From: Candidatus Sherwoodlollariibacterium unditelluris | GTDB lineage: Bacteria > Omnitrophota > Gorgyraeia > Gygaellales > Profunditerraquicolaceae | DNA length: 46,584 nucleotides | Direction of reading: 5' to 3' | Assembly: GCA_002771995.1 (NCBI GenBank) | Contig: PCRK01000006.1 | Span: 6,687-53,270, forward strand | Shown: positions 35,753-43,888 of the stretch, piece by piece | Layout: each line of letters begins with the position of its first letter | Numbering within the stretch: the first letter of the stretch is position 1 | Position numbers and translations under genes: made by a program | Notes under the pieces: generated by a model | What the model was told of the DNA's origin: nothing | The model's database searches: none | The model's input: only the letters and a program-made list of their open reading frames with translations

Positions 35753-37051
35753 TTATTCTAAAGCTTTCCGTCCTATATCTTTCCTATAATGCATCCCTTC
35801 AAAACTTATTTTTCCTACCGCCTGATAAGTACTATCTATCGCATTCTTTATGGTATCGCCTAAGCCGGTTACTCCCAGAACTCTGCCACCGTTAGTTAAG
35901 TACTCTGATTCTTGTCTCTGCCCCACATCATTTATTATCCGAATTTTAGTACCGGCATGAAATACCGACACACCTTTCATTTTTTCTACCTTATCAAGGC
36001 CAAATATCTCTTTGCCCTTTTCGTAATTTCCGGGATAACCTTGAGATGCCAAAACAACACAAACACACGCCTGATTATCCCAATCTAAGCTTTTTATGCG
36101 CGAAAGCTTTCCTGCACAAGCCGCCAGCATTACCTCAACTAAATCCGATTTTAATCTTGGAATTATTACCTGCGTCTCAGGATCTCCGAAACGCACGTTA
36201 AATTCTAATGTCTTTGGGCCGTCTTTAGTAATCATAATCCCCGCGTATAAAACACCCCGATAATCTATCCCCTCTTTTTCTAAACCATCTATAGTCCGGT
36301 AAATCACTTTTTCTAAAATTTCTTTAAATAATTCTTTGGTAACTATTGGCGCGGGCGAATACGCGCCCATTCCGCCTGTGTTGGCGCCTTGATCATTATC
36401 AAATACTCTTTTGTGGTCCTGGGCTAAAGCTAAAGCAATAACTTCTTTTGAATCTGTAATCACAAGAATTGAAGCTTCCTCTCCTTGCAGGCATTCTTCA
36501 ATAATAATCTTGTCCCCTGCGCTGCCGAATATCTTCTCCCGCATCATAGCTTCTACTGCCTGTCTTGCCTGATCAACAGTTTTTGCGACAACTACGCCTT
36601 TACCGGCCGCTAAGCCGCCAGCCTTAATTACACAGGGCGCGCCAATTTTCTTAATATATTTATTGGATTCATCGACATTGTCAAAAATCTCAAAAGCTGC
36701 CGTAGGCACATTATATTTTGCCATTAATTCTTTGGCAAAGACTTTACTTGCTTCTAACTGCGCTGCTTTCCGGCCGGGTCCGAATATCTTAAGTCCGTAA
36801 TTTTTAAATTCATCAACAATGCCTGCGGCAAGCGGCACCTCTGGGCCCACAACAGTCAAATCTATTTTTTCCTTTTTGGCGAACTCAAACAATGCCGGAA
36901 TATCCTCAGCTTTAATATCAATGCACTCTGCAATTTTCGTTATCCCGCCATTTCCCGGCGCGCAAAAAATCTTATCAACTAATTTTGATTGCGCAATCTT
37001 CCACACCAACGCATGCTCCCTGCCACCAGAACCAATCACTAAAATTCGCAT
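35753..37051 (-). CDS. purD: Phosphoribosylamine-glycine ligase
   Basis: MRILVIGSGGREHAL N-terminus and an ATP-grasp core. Size is 432 aa. Confidence 0.95.
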   Translation of the reverse strand: MRILVIGSGGREHALVWKIAQSKLVDKIFCAPGNGGITKIAECIDIKAEDIPALFEFAKKEKIDLTVVGPEVPLAAGIVDEFKNYGLKIFGPGRKAAQLEASKVFAKELMAKYNVPTAAFEIFDNVDESNKYIKKIGAPCVIKAGGLAAGKGVVVAKTVDQARQAVEAMMREKIFGSAGDKIIIEECLQGEEASILVITDSKEVIALALAQDHKRVFDNDQGANTGGMGAYSPAPIVTKELFKEILEKVIYRTIDGLEKEGIDYRGVLYAGIMITKDGPKTLEFNVRFGDPETQVIIPRLKSDLVEVMLAACAGKLSRIKSLDWDNQACVCVVLASQGYPGNYEKGKEIFGLDKVEKMKGVSVFHAGTKIRIINDVGQRQESEYLTNGGRVLGVTGLGDTIKNAIDSTYQAVGKISFEGMHYRKDIGRKALE

Positions 37052-37060
37052 CTTATTTTT

Positions 37061-37351
37061 TTAACCAGCCAATTTTGCGCGATGTGTCAATATATTAGCC
37101 CAAGCATAGGCTGTCTCTGCCCAAAATGTGTCTAAGCGCATATCCCTCGTAAGTTCATTTAAAGACTGCTTAAAAGCAGCGAATGTCTTTTGAAACCTCG
37201 GCTGCATAGGCGCTGACTCAAGCTGACGGACATATTCTTCTGTTTCGCTCAAGAATTGCTCGACCCGGCTGCGCCTGCCTTCATAAGCATACCTGCCAAT
37301 CCTTCCTAAATTCACAGCAATATTCAGTACTAATTCCTGCGCACTCATCAC
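37061..37351 (-). CDS. Hypothetical small helical protein
   Basis: 96-aa ORF abutting the upstream gene with no gap. No family recognised. Confidence 0.5.
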   Translation of the reverse strand: MMSAQELVLNIAVNLGRIGRYAYEGRRSRVEQFLSETEEYVRQLESAPMQPRFQKTFAAFKQSLNELTRDMRLDTFWAETAYAWANILTHRAKLAG

Positions 37352-37681
37352 TTACCTCAATAAGGTATGGATAATCACTTCCATCTCTTTACGTATAGCC
37401 GGGCCTAAAACTTCCCGGCTGGGATTATTCTGCCCCGGCCTTAAATTAATCATTGAATCAAAATCAACCTCGCCGGTTTCAAGGTCCAAACCGCCTCCCC
37501 AGACATCCGCCTGCTTACTTCCATCTTCCAGAAGCAGCCTTTCGCCATCCACATGCATTTTTCCGCCGGCAGACAAAATCTTACGCCGGACATCTACGAC
37601 CACTTTAATATATCCCTTAAGATCTTCAGCAACCTTAGAAATAATCTCCTCGCCCGCCTTCTCTCTGATAATTAATAACAT
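37352..37681 (-). CDS. Small conserved hypothetical protein (possibly DUF5674-like)
   Basis: 109-aa ORF. The family guess comes from memory of the HVDGERLLLEDGSKQADVWGG pattern and is not verified. Confidence 0.5.
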   Translation of the reverse strand: MLLIIREKAGEEIISKVAEDLKGYIKVVVDVRRKILSAGGKMHVDGERLLLEDGSKQADVWGGGLDLETGEVDFDSMINLRPGQNNPSREVLGPAIRKEMEVIIHTLLR

Positions 37682-37743
37682 TTTTTCTTAATCAACTCCT
37701 TGCACTTCCCCTACTTAGTGGACATGTTGTTAAGATAGTACGC

Positions 37744-38157
37744 CTATTTGCTATCGATACGAATATTGGTCATGTCAAAACGTTCAAACGGCCGTTCAGC
37801 GCCACCTGCCCATCCACTAATATACTCAATGTTACCCACGATAACATCTCCAACATGAAGAGGTATCTTGGGATCAACGAACTCTCCCTGACGTCGAACC
37901 ACGGTTAATTTTATTTTTTGCCCTGCTTTATATTCACAAGCCGGAGCAGAATCAACACTGATAACCTCAATCTCTAAATCAATAAAGCTGACTATTTCTG
38001 TTTCAGTCGACGATCTTCTTACCTGCTCTGTGCGCTCATTAGACGACAATACCTTAGCTGTAACTTGAGCGATACAGGGAATATTACGCGAAGCAAACAC
38101 AGGAAAACAAAAACAAGATGAGAAATAAACCACTAGGATAAAAACCCTTATCATCAT
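37744..38157 (-). CDS. Hypothetical secreted protein
   Basis: N-terminal signal-like hydrophobic segment. No recognisable domain. Confidence 0.5.
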   Translation of the reverse strand: MMIRVFILVVYFSSCFCFPVFASRNIPCIAQVTAKVLSSNERTEQVRRSSTETEIVSFIDLEIEVISVDSAPACEYKAGQKIKLTVVRRQGEFVDPKIPLHVGDVIVGNIEYISGWAGGAERPFERFDMTNIRIDSK

Positions 38158-38168
38158 ATTTTCCTAAA

Positions 38169-38489
38169 TTAAGCCTTGATCATTACCAAGAGCATCTTGA
38201 AACGGTCTACAGTCTTTAAAGAATGCGGCTTGTTTGCCGGCATAATCATGGTTTCGCCTGCTTTTAGGTAATATTGCTTGCCGGCAATATTAATTTCTGC
38301 CTTGCCATCAAAGATATAAACTAAGGCATCAAATGGCGTAGCATGTTCACTTAAGCCCTGCCCTTTATCAAAAGCAAAAAGTGTTATTGTGCCTTTCTCT
38401 TTCTTGATAACTTCCTTACTGACAACAGCACCCTCTTGATAATCTACCAAACTAACTAAGCTTCCTACTTCTCCAACAATATTCATCAT
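38169..38489 (-). CDS. Cupin domain protein
   Basis: 106 aa. HATPFDALVYIFDGKAEI...AGETMIMPANKPHSL fits the two cupin motifs. Confidence 0.75.
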   Translation of the reverse strand: MMNIVGEVGSLVSLVDYQEGAVVSKEVIKKEKGTITLFAFDKGQGLSEHATPFDALVYIFDGKAEINIAGKQYYLKAGETMIMPANKPHSLKTVDRFKMLLVMIKA

Positions 38490-38553
38490 AATTAAGTAAT
38501 GTGTCCCCGGATTTCTTCCAAATAAATTTAAAGACCGTTAATATCTAACTATA

Positions 38554-38789
38554 AATGAATCTGGCGGATTTTCGAGCGAATGGAGCTTTTAGCCAGAGGA
38601 CGCTTGAGCAAACGAGGGAATCTGAACGCGGAAGCATTCAGACGCCGAGCATGTTTGAGCCCATCCTGGCGCGGAGCGCCGACGGGCGAGTTGCGCAGGC
38701 GCCGAGTTTGCGAAAGATCTCTGGCGTGCCCCTAAATCTTATCTTCGTGGGGCAAAAGCGACCTGAGCGAGAAAACCGACAGATTCATT
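38554..38789 (+). ncRNA. Candidate structured RNA, copy 1 (unclassified)
   Basis: Closing stem AATGAATCTG (38554-63) pairs with CAGATTCATT (38780-89). Inner helices are 38592-98/38719-25 and 38608-13/38706-11, plus a hairpin at 38727-54. Shares conserved unpaired motifs with copy 2. Strand was inferred from GNRA-type loops. Confidence 0.5.
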
Positions 38790-38919
38790 AAAAAGAACGA
38801 CCTGAGGGACAGTCCCCTATTGAGTTACGCTAAAAAATAATTCTACAACATAAATTGTTACAACGGGTTACAGTATTTGCTGCCCCGTATGGACTCGAAA
38901 AACTAAATCCCATCTTAAA

Positions 38920-39149
38920 AATGAATCTGGCGTTTATGTGAGCGAATGAAGGTTTTAGCCAAAGCAGCTTGAGTATTTTCGGGTATCCCAAGGCCGTCCG
39001 AAAGGACGGCAATCTTGGGATGGCGATGCTGTCTGAGCGCCGAGGTAGAGACCGAGGCGCGAGTTCAGCAGCCACCGAAAATACGAAAGACCTTTGGCGT
39101 CCGCCGCAGGCGGAAAACCGACCTGAGCGAACAAAACGACAGATTCATT
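38920..39149 (+). ncRNA. Candidate structured RNA, copy 2 (unclassified)
   Basis: Same closing stem (38920-29/39140-49). Helices at 38958-64/39092-98 and 38973-82/39075-84. A GAAA-capped hairpin is at 38993-39010 and another hairpin at 39100-14. All of these covary with copy 1. Confidence 0.5.
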
Positions 39150-39205
39150 AAAAAGAACGACGAAAGATTTCAGCACGCGAGCAATATCCCAAAGAGCAAA
39201 ATCTG

Positions 39206-39234
39206 AGGGACAGTCCCCTACGGGGACAGTCCCT
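39206..39234 (-). terminator. Possible intrinsic terminator of the SPFH gene (a copy of the 29-nt palindrome)
   Basis: AGGGACAGTCCCC-TAC-GGGGACAGTCCCT forms a 13-bp stem with one mismatch. On the minus strand it is followed by CAGAUUUUGCUCUUU. Confidence 0.4.
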
Positions 39235-39277
39235 GTAAGTGCCTGCAATTTATTTCGCCGGCTTGTCTTCTTTATTC

Positions 39278-39336
39278 TGGTATAGGAAAGTATAAAATAC
39301 TTTCCTATACCACTGCGAAAATCTCTAGAAGTTATT
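39278..39336 (+). repeat. Double-hairpin repeat, copy R2 (first hairpin perfect, second half diverged)
   Basis: TGGTATAGGAAAGTATAAAATACTTTCCTATACCACTGCGAAAATC, immediately after the SPFH stop. Confidence 0.75.
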
Positions 39337-40236
39337 TTACTTTTCCGAGATTTTCTTGTTTATCGGCAAAAAACCTGCCATTTCGCCGATAACATTAACT
39401 AACTCAGTATTGGCCGGAATAACAATTTTGGCGTTATTCACTAAAGACTTCTCGACCGCCTCAAGCTTTCTCAACACCTGAGCATTACCCACAAAATAAT
39501 GTTCCGCTGCTTCATTGACTAATTTTATCGCCGCTGCTTCACCTTCTGCCTCTAAAATGCGCGCCTGCTTTATACCTTCGGCTTTCTTAATCTCCGCCCT
39601 CTTCTGGCCGTCAGCAACAGTCTCAGTGGCTGTCGCGTAATCAATCGCGGCAATCTTTTCATTCTCTGCCTTAACTACCTTATTCATCGTTTCCTGAACA
39701 TCTTTAGGAGGATCGATTTCTTTTAACTCCGTGCGGACAATCTCTAAGCCCCAGCTAGCAGTTTCCTCGCAAAGAGTTTTATGCAATTCAGCGTTAATCT
39801 TGCCTCTTTCGCTATTGGCAGATTTTAAAGTAAGCGTACCAATAATATTTCTTAATGTAGTGCGCGCTAAATTTACAATCTGCCACTGATAATTATTTAC
39901 GTTATACTGACAGTTCTTAACATCAGCCTCATCAGCTTTTACTTTAAAATAAACCTGGGCATCTACTTTAGCGTTTAAATTATCATTAGTAATAATTTCC
40001 TGCGGTTCGGCATCTACCATCTGCTCGGTTATATTAATCTGATAGATATTTTCAACTATAGGAAGTACCCAGTTAAATCCCGGGGTAGCGAAACGATGAT
40101 ATTTACCAAACCTTTCGATCAAGCCTCGATGCGTAGGCCGGACAATTTTAATACCCATAAAGAAAAAAACTACCGCTGCCACAATAACCAATGCCAAAAT
40201 ACTCATACCGCACCCCCTTGCACAGTAAGTGCACAC
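39337..40236 (-). CDS. SPFH/band 7 (stomatin/HflK-like) membrane protein
   Basis: TM helix, then an SPFH core (IVRPTHRGLIERFGKY...) and a coiled C-terminal region. The likely start is the ATG at 40206 (MSILALVIV...). Confidence 0.88.
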   Translation of the reverse strand: MCTYCARGCGMSILALVIVAAVVFFFMGIKIVRPTHRGLIERFGKYHRFATPGFNWVLPIVENIYQINITEQMVDAEPQEIITNDNLNAKVDAQVYFKVKADEADVKNCQYNVNNYQWQIVNLARTTLRNIIGTLTLKSANSERGKINAELHKTLCEETASWGLEIVRTELKEIDPPKDVQETMNKVVKAENEKIAAIDYATATETVADGQKRAEIKKAEGIKQARILEAEGEAAAIKLVNEAAEHYFVGNAQVLRKLEAVEKSLVNNAKIVIPANTELVNVIGEMAGFLPINKKISEK

Positions 40237-40352
40237 CCCTCGCCCAATTGGATGGGCGAGTGTCCACTTTCTGCGTTACCGGCCTATCGCCGCAGTAGGC
40301 GGCGTACCCGCCATTCCAATATGGCGGGGTACATGTAAGGTAAGGCCGGGCG

Positions 40353-41372
40353 CTATATTATTTGGACTTCTCTTTTGCCTTTTATAACTTCTCCGATAAT
40401 CCATGACTTAAGTTTTAACTCCGCTAGTTTTGCGATTATTGCTTTTGCAGAGTTTGGCTCAACAATCAAAACCATACCAATACCCATATTAAAGGTATGA
40501 TACATTTCTTTATCTTTAATATTGCCTTTATTCTGAATCAAACGGAATATTTTGGGCACCACCCAAGAACTTTTATCAAGGCGCGCATTGACATTTCGCG
40601 GCAAAATTCTGGCGATTTTATCGTAAAATGCGCCGCCGGTAATATGCGCGATCCCCGTAATATCGTTCGCGAGTCCGCGAGTTCGCGAGTTCGCGAGCAA
40701 AGCCAAAACCGGTTTTACATAAATCCTAGTTGAAATAAGTAACTCTTTACTCATACGTTTTATCTCGTTTTGCGAAAAAACTTTTCTTACCAAAGAATAA
40801 CCGTTAGAGTGAATCCCGCTAGACTCTAAACCTATTACTAAATCCCCCGGTCTAATTTGACTTCCATCAATAATATTTTTGCGCTCAACTATACCTACGC
40901 AAAATCCGGCGATATCATATTCTCCACTTCTATACATCCCGGGCATCTGGGCGGTTTCTCCGCCAATCAAAGAACACCCAGATTGCCGGCAACCGGCATT
41001 TATGCCTTTAACCACATCTATCAGGACAGTTTCCTTAGCCTTACTAAAAGCAATATAATCTAAGAAAAATAGCGGCTCGGCTCCGGTACAAAGGATATCA
41101 TTGACATTCATCGCCACCGCGTCAATACCAACAGTATCGTGCTTATTAGCTAACTGGGCAATCTTTAACTTTGTCCCTACGCCGTCGCTTGAGGAAACCA
41201 AGACCGGCTCTTTATATTTATTTTTATCTAACTTAAAAAAACTACCGAATCCGCCGATATCCTTTAAAACTTCCTCGCGGAATGATTTTCTTACTAGCGG
41301 CTTTAATTTTGCCTTAAAAGCGCTCGCAGTAAAAATATCAACCCCCGATTTTTTATAAGTTATCCTTCTCAT
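40353..41372 (-). CDS. purM: Phosphoribosylformylglycinamidine cyclo-ligase (AIR synthetase)
   Basis: DGVGTKLKIA and AHITGGAF motifs. Size is 339 aa. Confidence 0.95.
   Translation of the reverse strand: MRRITYKKSGVDIFTASAFKAKLKPLVRKSFREEVLKDIGGFGSFFKLDKNKYKEPVLVSSSDGVGTKLKIAQLANKHDTVGIDAVAMNVNDILCTGAEPLFFLDYIAFSKAKETVLIDVVKGINAGCRQSGCSLIGGETAQMPGMYRSGEYDIAGFCVGIVERKNIIDGSQIRPGDLVIGLESSGIHSNGYSLVRKVFSQNEIKRMSKELLISTRIYVKPVLALLANSRTRGLANDITGIAHITGGAFYDKIARILPRNVNARLDKSSWVVPKIFRLIQNKGNIKDKEMYHTFNMGIGMVLIVEPNSAKAIIAKLAELKLKSWIIGEVIKGKREVQII
40666..40697. repeat. Octanucleotide tandem repeat (TTCGCGAG x4, one variant unit) inside purM
   Basis: Units lie at 40666, 40674, 40682 and 40690. They encode ANSRTRGLAN. 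Confidence 0.9.
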
Positions 41373-41381
41373 ATTCTAACC

Positions 41382-42824
41382 CTACCCCTTTAACTCCCCC
41401 TGCCCGCAGCAATGCGTCTCCAGCGAAAACTTACCCTGTCTCTTTTTAACCCTTACCGGATATTTTCCCGTCCAACAGGCAGTGCAATAATTACCCTTAG
41501 GGGGCTTAAAACAATTAAGCATTCCATCCAAACTTAAATAACCTAAGCTGTCAACTTCAAGATATTTCCGTATCTTATCAATAGAGGAATATTTATTGGC
41601 AATAAGCTCGCTGGATTTATGAAAATCAATACCATAGAAACACGGGAAACGGTGCGCCGGGCAAGATATTCTTAAATGCACCTCTCTTACCCCAGCCTTA
41701 CGCAAGGAACGTATGCGGATCTTAGAAGTTGTCCCGCGCACAATTGAATCATCAACTACAATTATTCGTTTATCTCTTAAAACATCTTTAAGCAGATTAA
41801 ATTTTACCCGCACACCCAAATTCCGCAAATCCTGCTCCGGCTGAATAAAAGTCCTGCCCACATAGTGATTACGGATAATTCCTAATTCTAATGGTATCCC
41901 TGATTCCTGAGAATAACCCATTGCCGCTGAAAATCCTGAATCCGGCACAGGCACGACAAAATCCGCATCAACCGGATGTTCACGGGCTAACTGCGCCCCT
42001 AATTTACGCCTTACTAAATGCACAGTCTCGCCGAAGATAACCGAATCCGGACGCGAGAAATAAATATGTTCAAAAGCGCAAAAGGATAACTTATTAGAGC
42101 GGAGTCCTTTTGGTTTTATAGATTTAAGCTTAGCGCCATTAATAAAAACTACTTCTCCGGGTTCAATCTCGCGGATATACTGCGCTCCGGTTAAATCAAA
42201 GGCGCAGGTCTCGGAAGCCAAACACCAGGCATTCCTTAGTTTACCTAAAGATAGCGGCCTGAACCCTAAAGGATCCCTTGCCCCAATCAAGGTATTATCC
42301 ACCATCATCACCAAGGCATAGGCGCCCTTAACTCTTTTTAAGGCATAAATTAAACTTTCTTCCAGATTGCGCGACTTTGCCCTGGCCATAAGATGGATAA
42401 TGATTTCCGAATCCGTAGTCGTCTGAAATATTGACCCTATTTTTTCAAGGTACTGCCGCAATTCTAACGAATTAACTAAATTTCCGTTATGCGCAATGCA
42501 GACCGAGCCTTTAGTATAGTCAATTAAAAGCGGTTGCGCATTCTTTAAGACGCTCGAGCCAGTAGTAGAATAACGCACATGGCCTACGGCAATATCGCCC
42601 TTAAGCCCATGCAATACCCTTTCGTTAAAAACATCGCTCACCAATCCTATATCTTTATGAATAGATAAAATGCCTTTATTGTTTGTAACTATCCCGCAAG
42701 CTTCTTCTCCCCTATGTTGGAGAGCATATAATCCCAGATACGTAAGCCAGCTGGCGTGTTTATTGTTGGCAATACCAAATAACCCGCAATATTCTCTTGG
42801 TTCGTCGTTATCTATCTCTACCAT
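41382..42824 (-). CDS. purF: Amidophosphoribosyltransferase
   Basis: Ntn Cys in the CGLFGI context, a PRTase loop (VVDDSIVRGTT) and C-terminal Cys ligands. Confidence 0.95.
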   Translation of the reverse strand: MVEIDNDEPREYCGLFGIANNKHASWLTYLGLYALQHRGEEACGIVTNNKGILSIHKDIGLVSDVFNERVLHGLKGDIAVGHVRYSTTGSSVLKNAQPLLIDYTKGSVCIAHNGNLVNSLELRQYLEKIGSIFQTTTDSEIIIHLMARAKSRNLEESLIYALKRVKGAYALVMMVDNTLIGARDPLGFRPLSLGKLRNAWCLASETCAFDLTGAQYIREIEPGEVVFINGAKLKSIKPKGLRSNKLSFCAFEHIYFSRPDSVIFGETVHLVRRKLGAQLAREHPVDADFVVPVPDSGFSAAMGYSQESGIPLELGIIRNHYVGRTFIQPEQDLRNLGVRVKFNLLKDVLRDKRIIVVDDSIVRGTTSKIRIRSLRKAGVREVHLRISCPAHRFPCFYGIDFHKSSELIANKYSSIDKIRKYLEVDSLGYLSLDGMLNCFKPPKGNYCTACWTGKYPVRVKKRQGKFSLETHCCGQGELKG

Positions 42825-42843
42825 CTAATACTCCCTTTTTTTA

Positions 42844-42921
42844 TGGTACAGGAAAGTATAAAACACTTTCCTATACCACTGCGAAAATCGCTTAAAGTTA
42901 TCGCCGAAGGCGATTTTCTTG
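42844..42921 (+). repeat. 78-bp double-hairpin repeat, copy R3
   Basis: Lies in the purQ-purF spacer. Near-identical to R1 in the opposite orientation. Confidence 0.8.
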
Positions 42922-42932
42922 AATTCCTGTAT

Positions 42933-43760
42933 CTAAAAATGTTTTTTAATATAGTCAACGCCGTTCTTAAATATCTGTAGGCCCACGCCAGATTTACCAC
43001 GCACCTGTAAACCCGTGGTGCGGGGTTTGCTATCCTCCCACCTAGGATGCTGCCATAATTGAATATGCCTTTCCGGATGAGGCATAAGCCCTAATATCCT
43101 GCCTGTTGTATCATAAATCCCGGCGATATTTTGGAGCGAACCATTGGGATTAGCCGGCCAACCCGTGAGTCTGCCTAAGGCGTCACAATAACTAAAAACA
43201 ACCTGCCCGTTCTTCTTGATCCGGGATAAAACTTTTTTATCTTTTACGATAAACTTTCCCTCTCCGTGTGCTACCGGAAGATAAATAATTTCAGGCAGGT
43301 TTTTTGTCCAGATACATTTAACTCGCGAACTCGCGAACTCGCGAACTCGCGAACTTAAATACACCCATCTATCCTCAAATTTGCCAGAATCATTGATAAT
43401 AAGGCTCGCCTCCTGAATTAGCGAATCATTGCCCGGCAATAAACCACTCTTAACTAGTATCTGAAAACCATTGCATATACCAATAATAAGCTTGCCTTCT
43501 TGGATGAATTTCTTTAAATCAGCAGATAACTTGTATTTTAATTCATTGGCAAATATCTTGCCCGAGGCAATATCGTCTCCGTAACTAAATCCTCCGGGCA
43601 GGGCAAGTATATGATAGTTTGAGAGATTGACTTTGGCGCTGGCTAAATTATTTATATGCACTAATTCTGCGCTTGCCCCAACGAGAGAAAAGGCAAAAGC
43701 AGTTTCTTTGTCGCAATTCGTCCCGGCTGTCCTTAAAACGCATACCTTGATTTTCTTCAC
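42933..43760 (-). CDS. purQ: Phosphoribosylformylglycinamidine synthase, glutaminase subunit
   Basis: GICNGFQIL (catalytic Cys) and MPHPER motifs. GTG start. Confidence 0.93.
   Translation of the reverse strand: MKKIKVCVLRTAGTNCDKETAFAFSLVGASAELVHINNLASAKVNLSNYHILALPGGFSYGDDIASGKIFANELKYKLSADLKKFIQEGKLIIGICNGFQILVKSGLLPGNDSLIQEASLIINDSGKFEDRWVYLSSRVREFASSRVKCIWTKNLPEIIYLPVAHGEGKFIVKDKKVLSRIKKNGQVVFSYCDALGRLTGWPANPNGSLQNIAGIYDTTGRILGLMPHPERHIQLWQHPRWEDSKPRTTGLQVRGKSGVGLQIFKNGVDYIKKHF
43320..43355. repeat. Octanucleotide tandem repeat (AACTCGCG x4.5) inside purQ; reverse complement of the purM repeat
   Basis: Units lie at 43320, 43328, 43336 and 43344, plus a partial unit. They encode SSRVREFASSRV. 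Confidence 0.9.
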
Positions 43761-43888
43761 TTGCTCTTCCTATTTTGTAGCAGAGGTTTAAACCTCCGCT
43801 ACAAATTTCTCACTTATAGGAGATTGCTGAAATATTCTAAAAATAGGCAGCAATCTCAGAGAGCGCTGATATAATTTTTAAGAATTTT

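Noticed and set aside
38554-39149. Identification of the tandem element as a glycine riboswitch, another riboswitch, or a hammerhead ribozyme. The cues were its tandem architecture and the motifs CUCUGGCG, GGGGCAAAAGCGAC and CUGAGCGA.
   Set aside because: The resemblance to the glycine aptamer consensus (CUCUGGAGAG, CGCCGAAGGAGCAA, CAGGCAAAAGGACAG) is only partial. No gene lies downstream on the plus strand. The hammerhead core CUGANGA...GAAA is not satisfied. This was judged by eye only and needs a covariance-model scan.
38555-39248. Five overlapping 60-97-aa ORFs on both strands in the cupin-SPFH gap.
   Set aside because: They overlap one another and the covarying helices of the tandem repeat. 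They lack RBSs and have Arg/Ala/Pro-rich composition driven by the GC-rich stems. A structured RNA or DNA element explains this region better.
40237-40352. ZTP (pfl) riboswitch, suspected because of the purine-gene context.
   Set aside because: I could not find the conserved pfl blocks on either strand, recalled as GGGUCGUGA, CCGGGC and CCGCCUGGGCA. The downstream gene is an SPFH protein, not a folate or purine gene.
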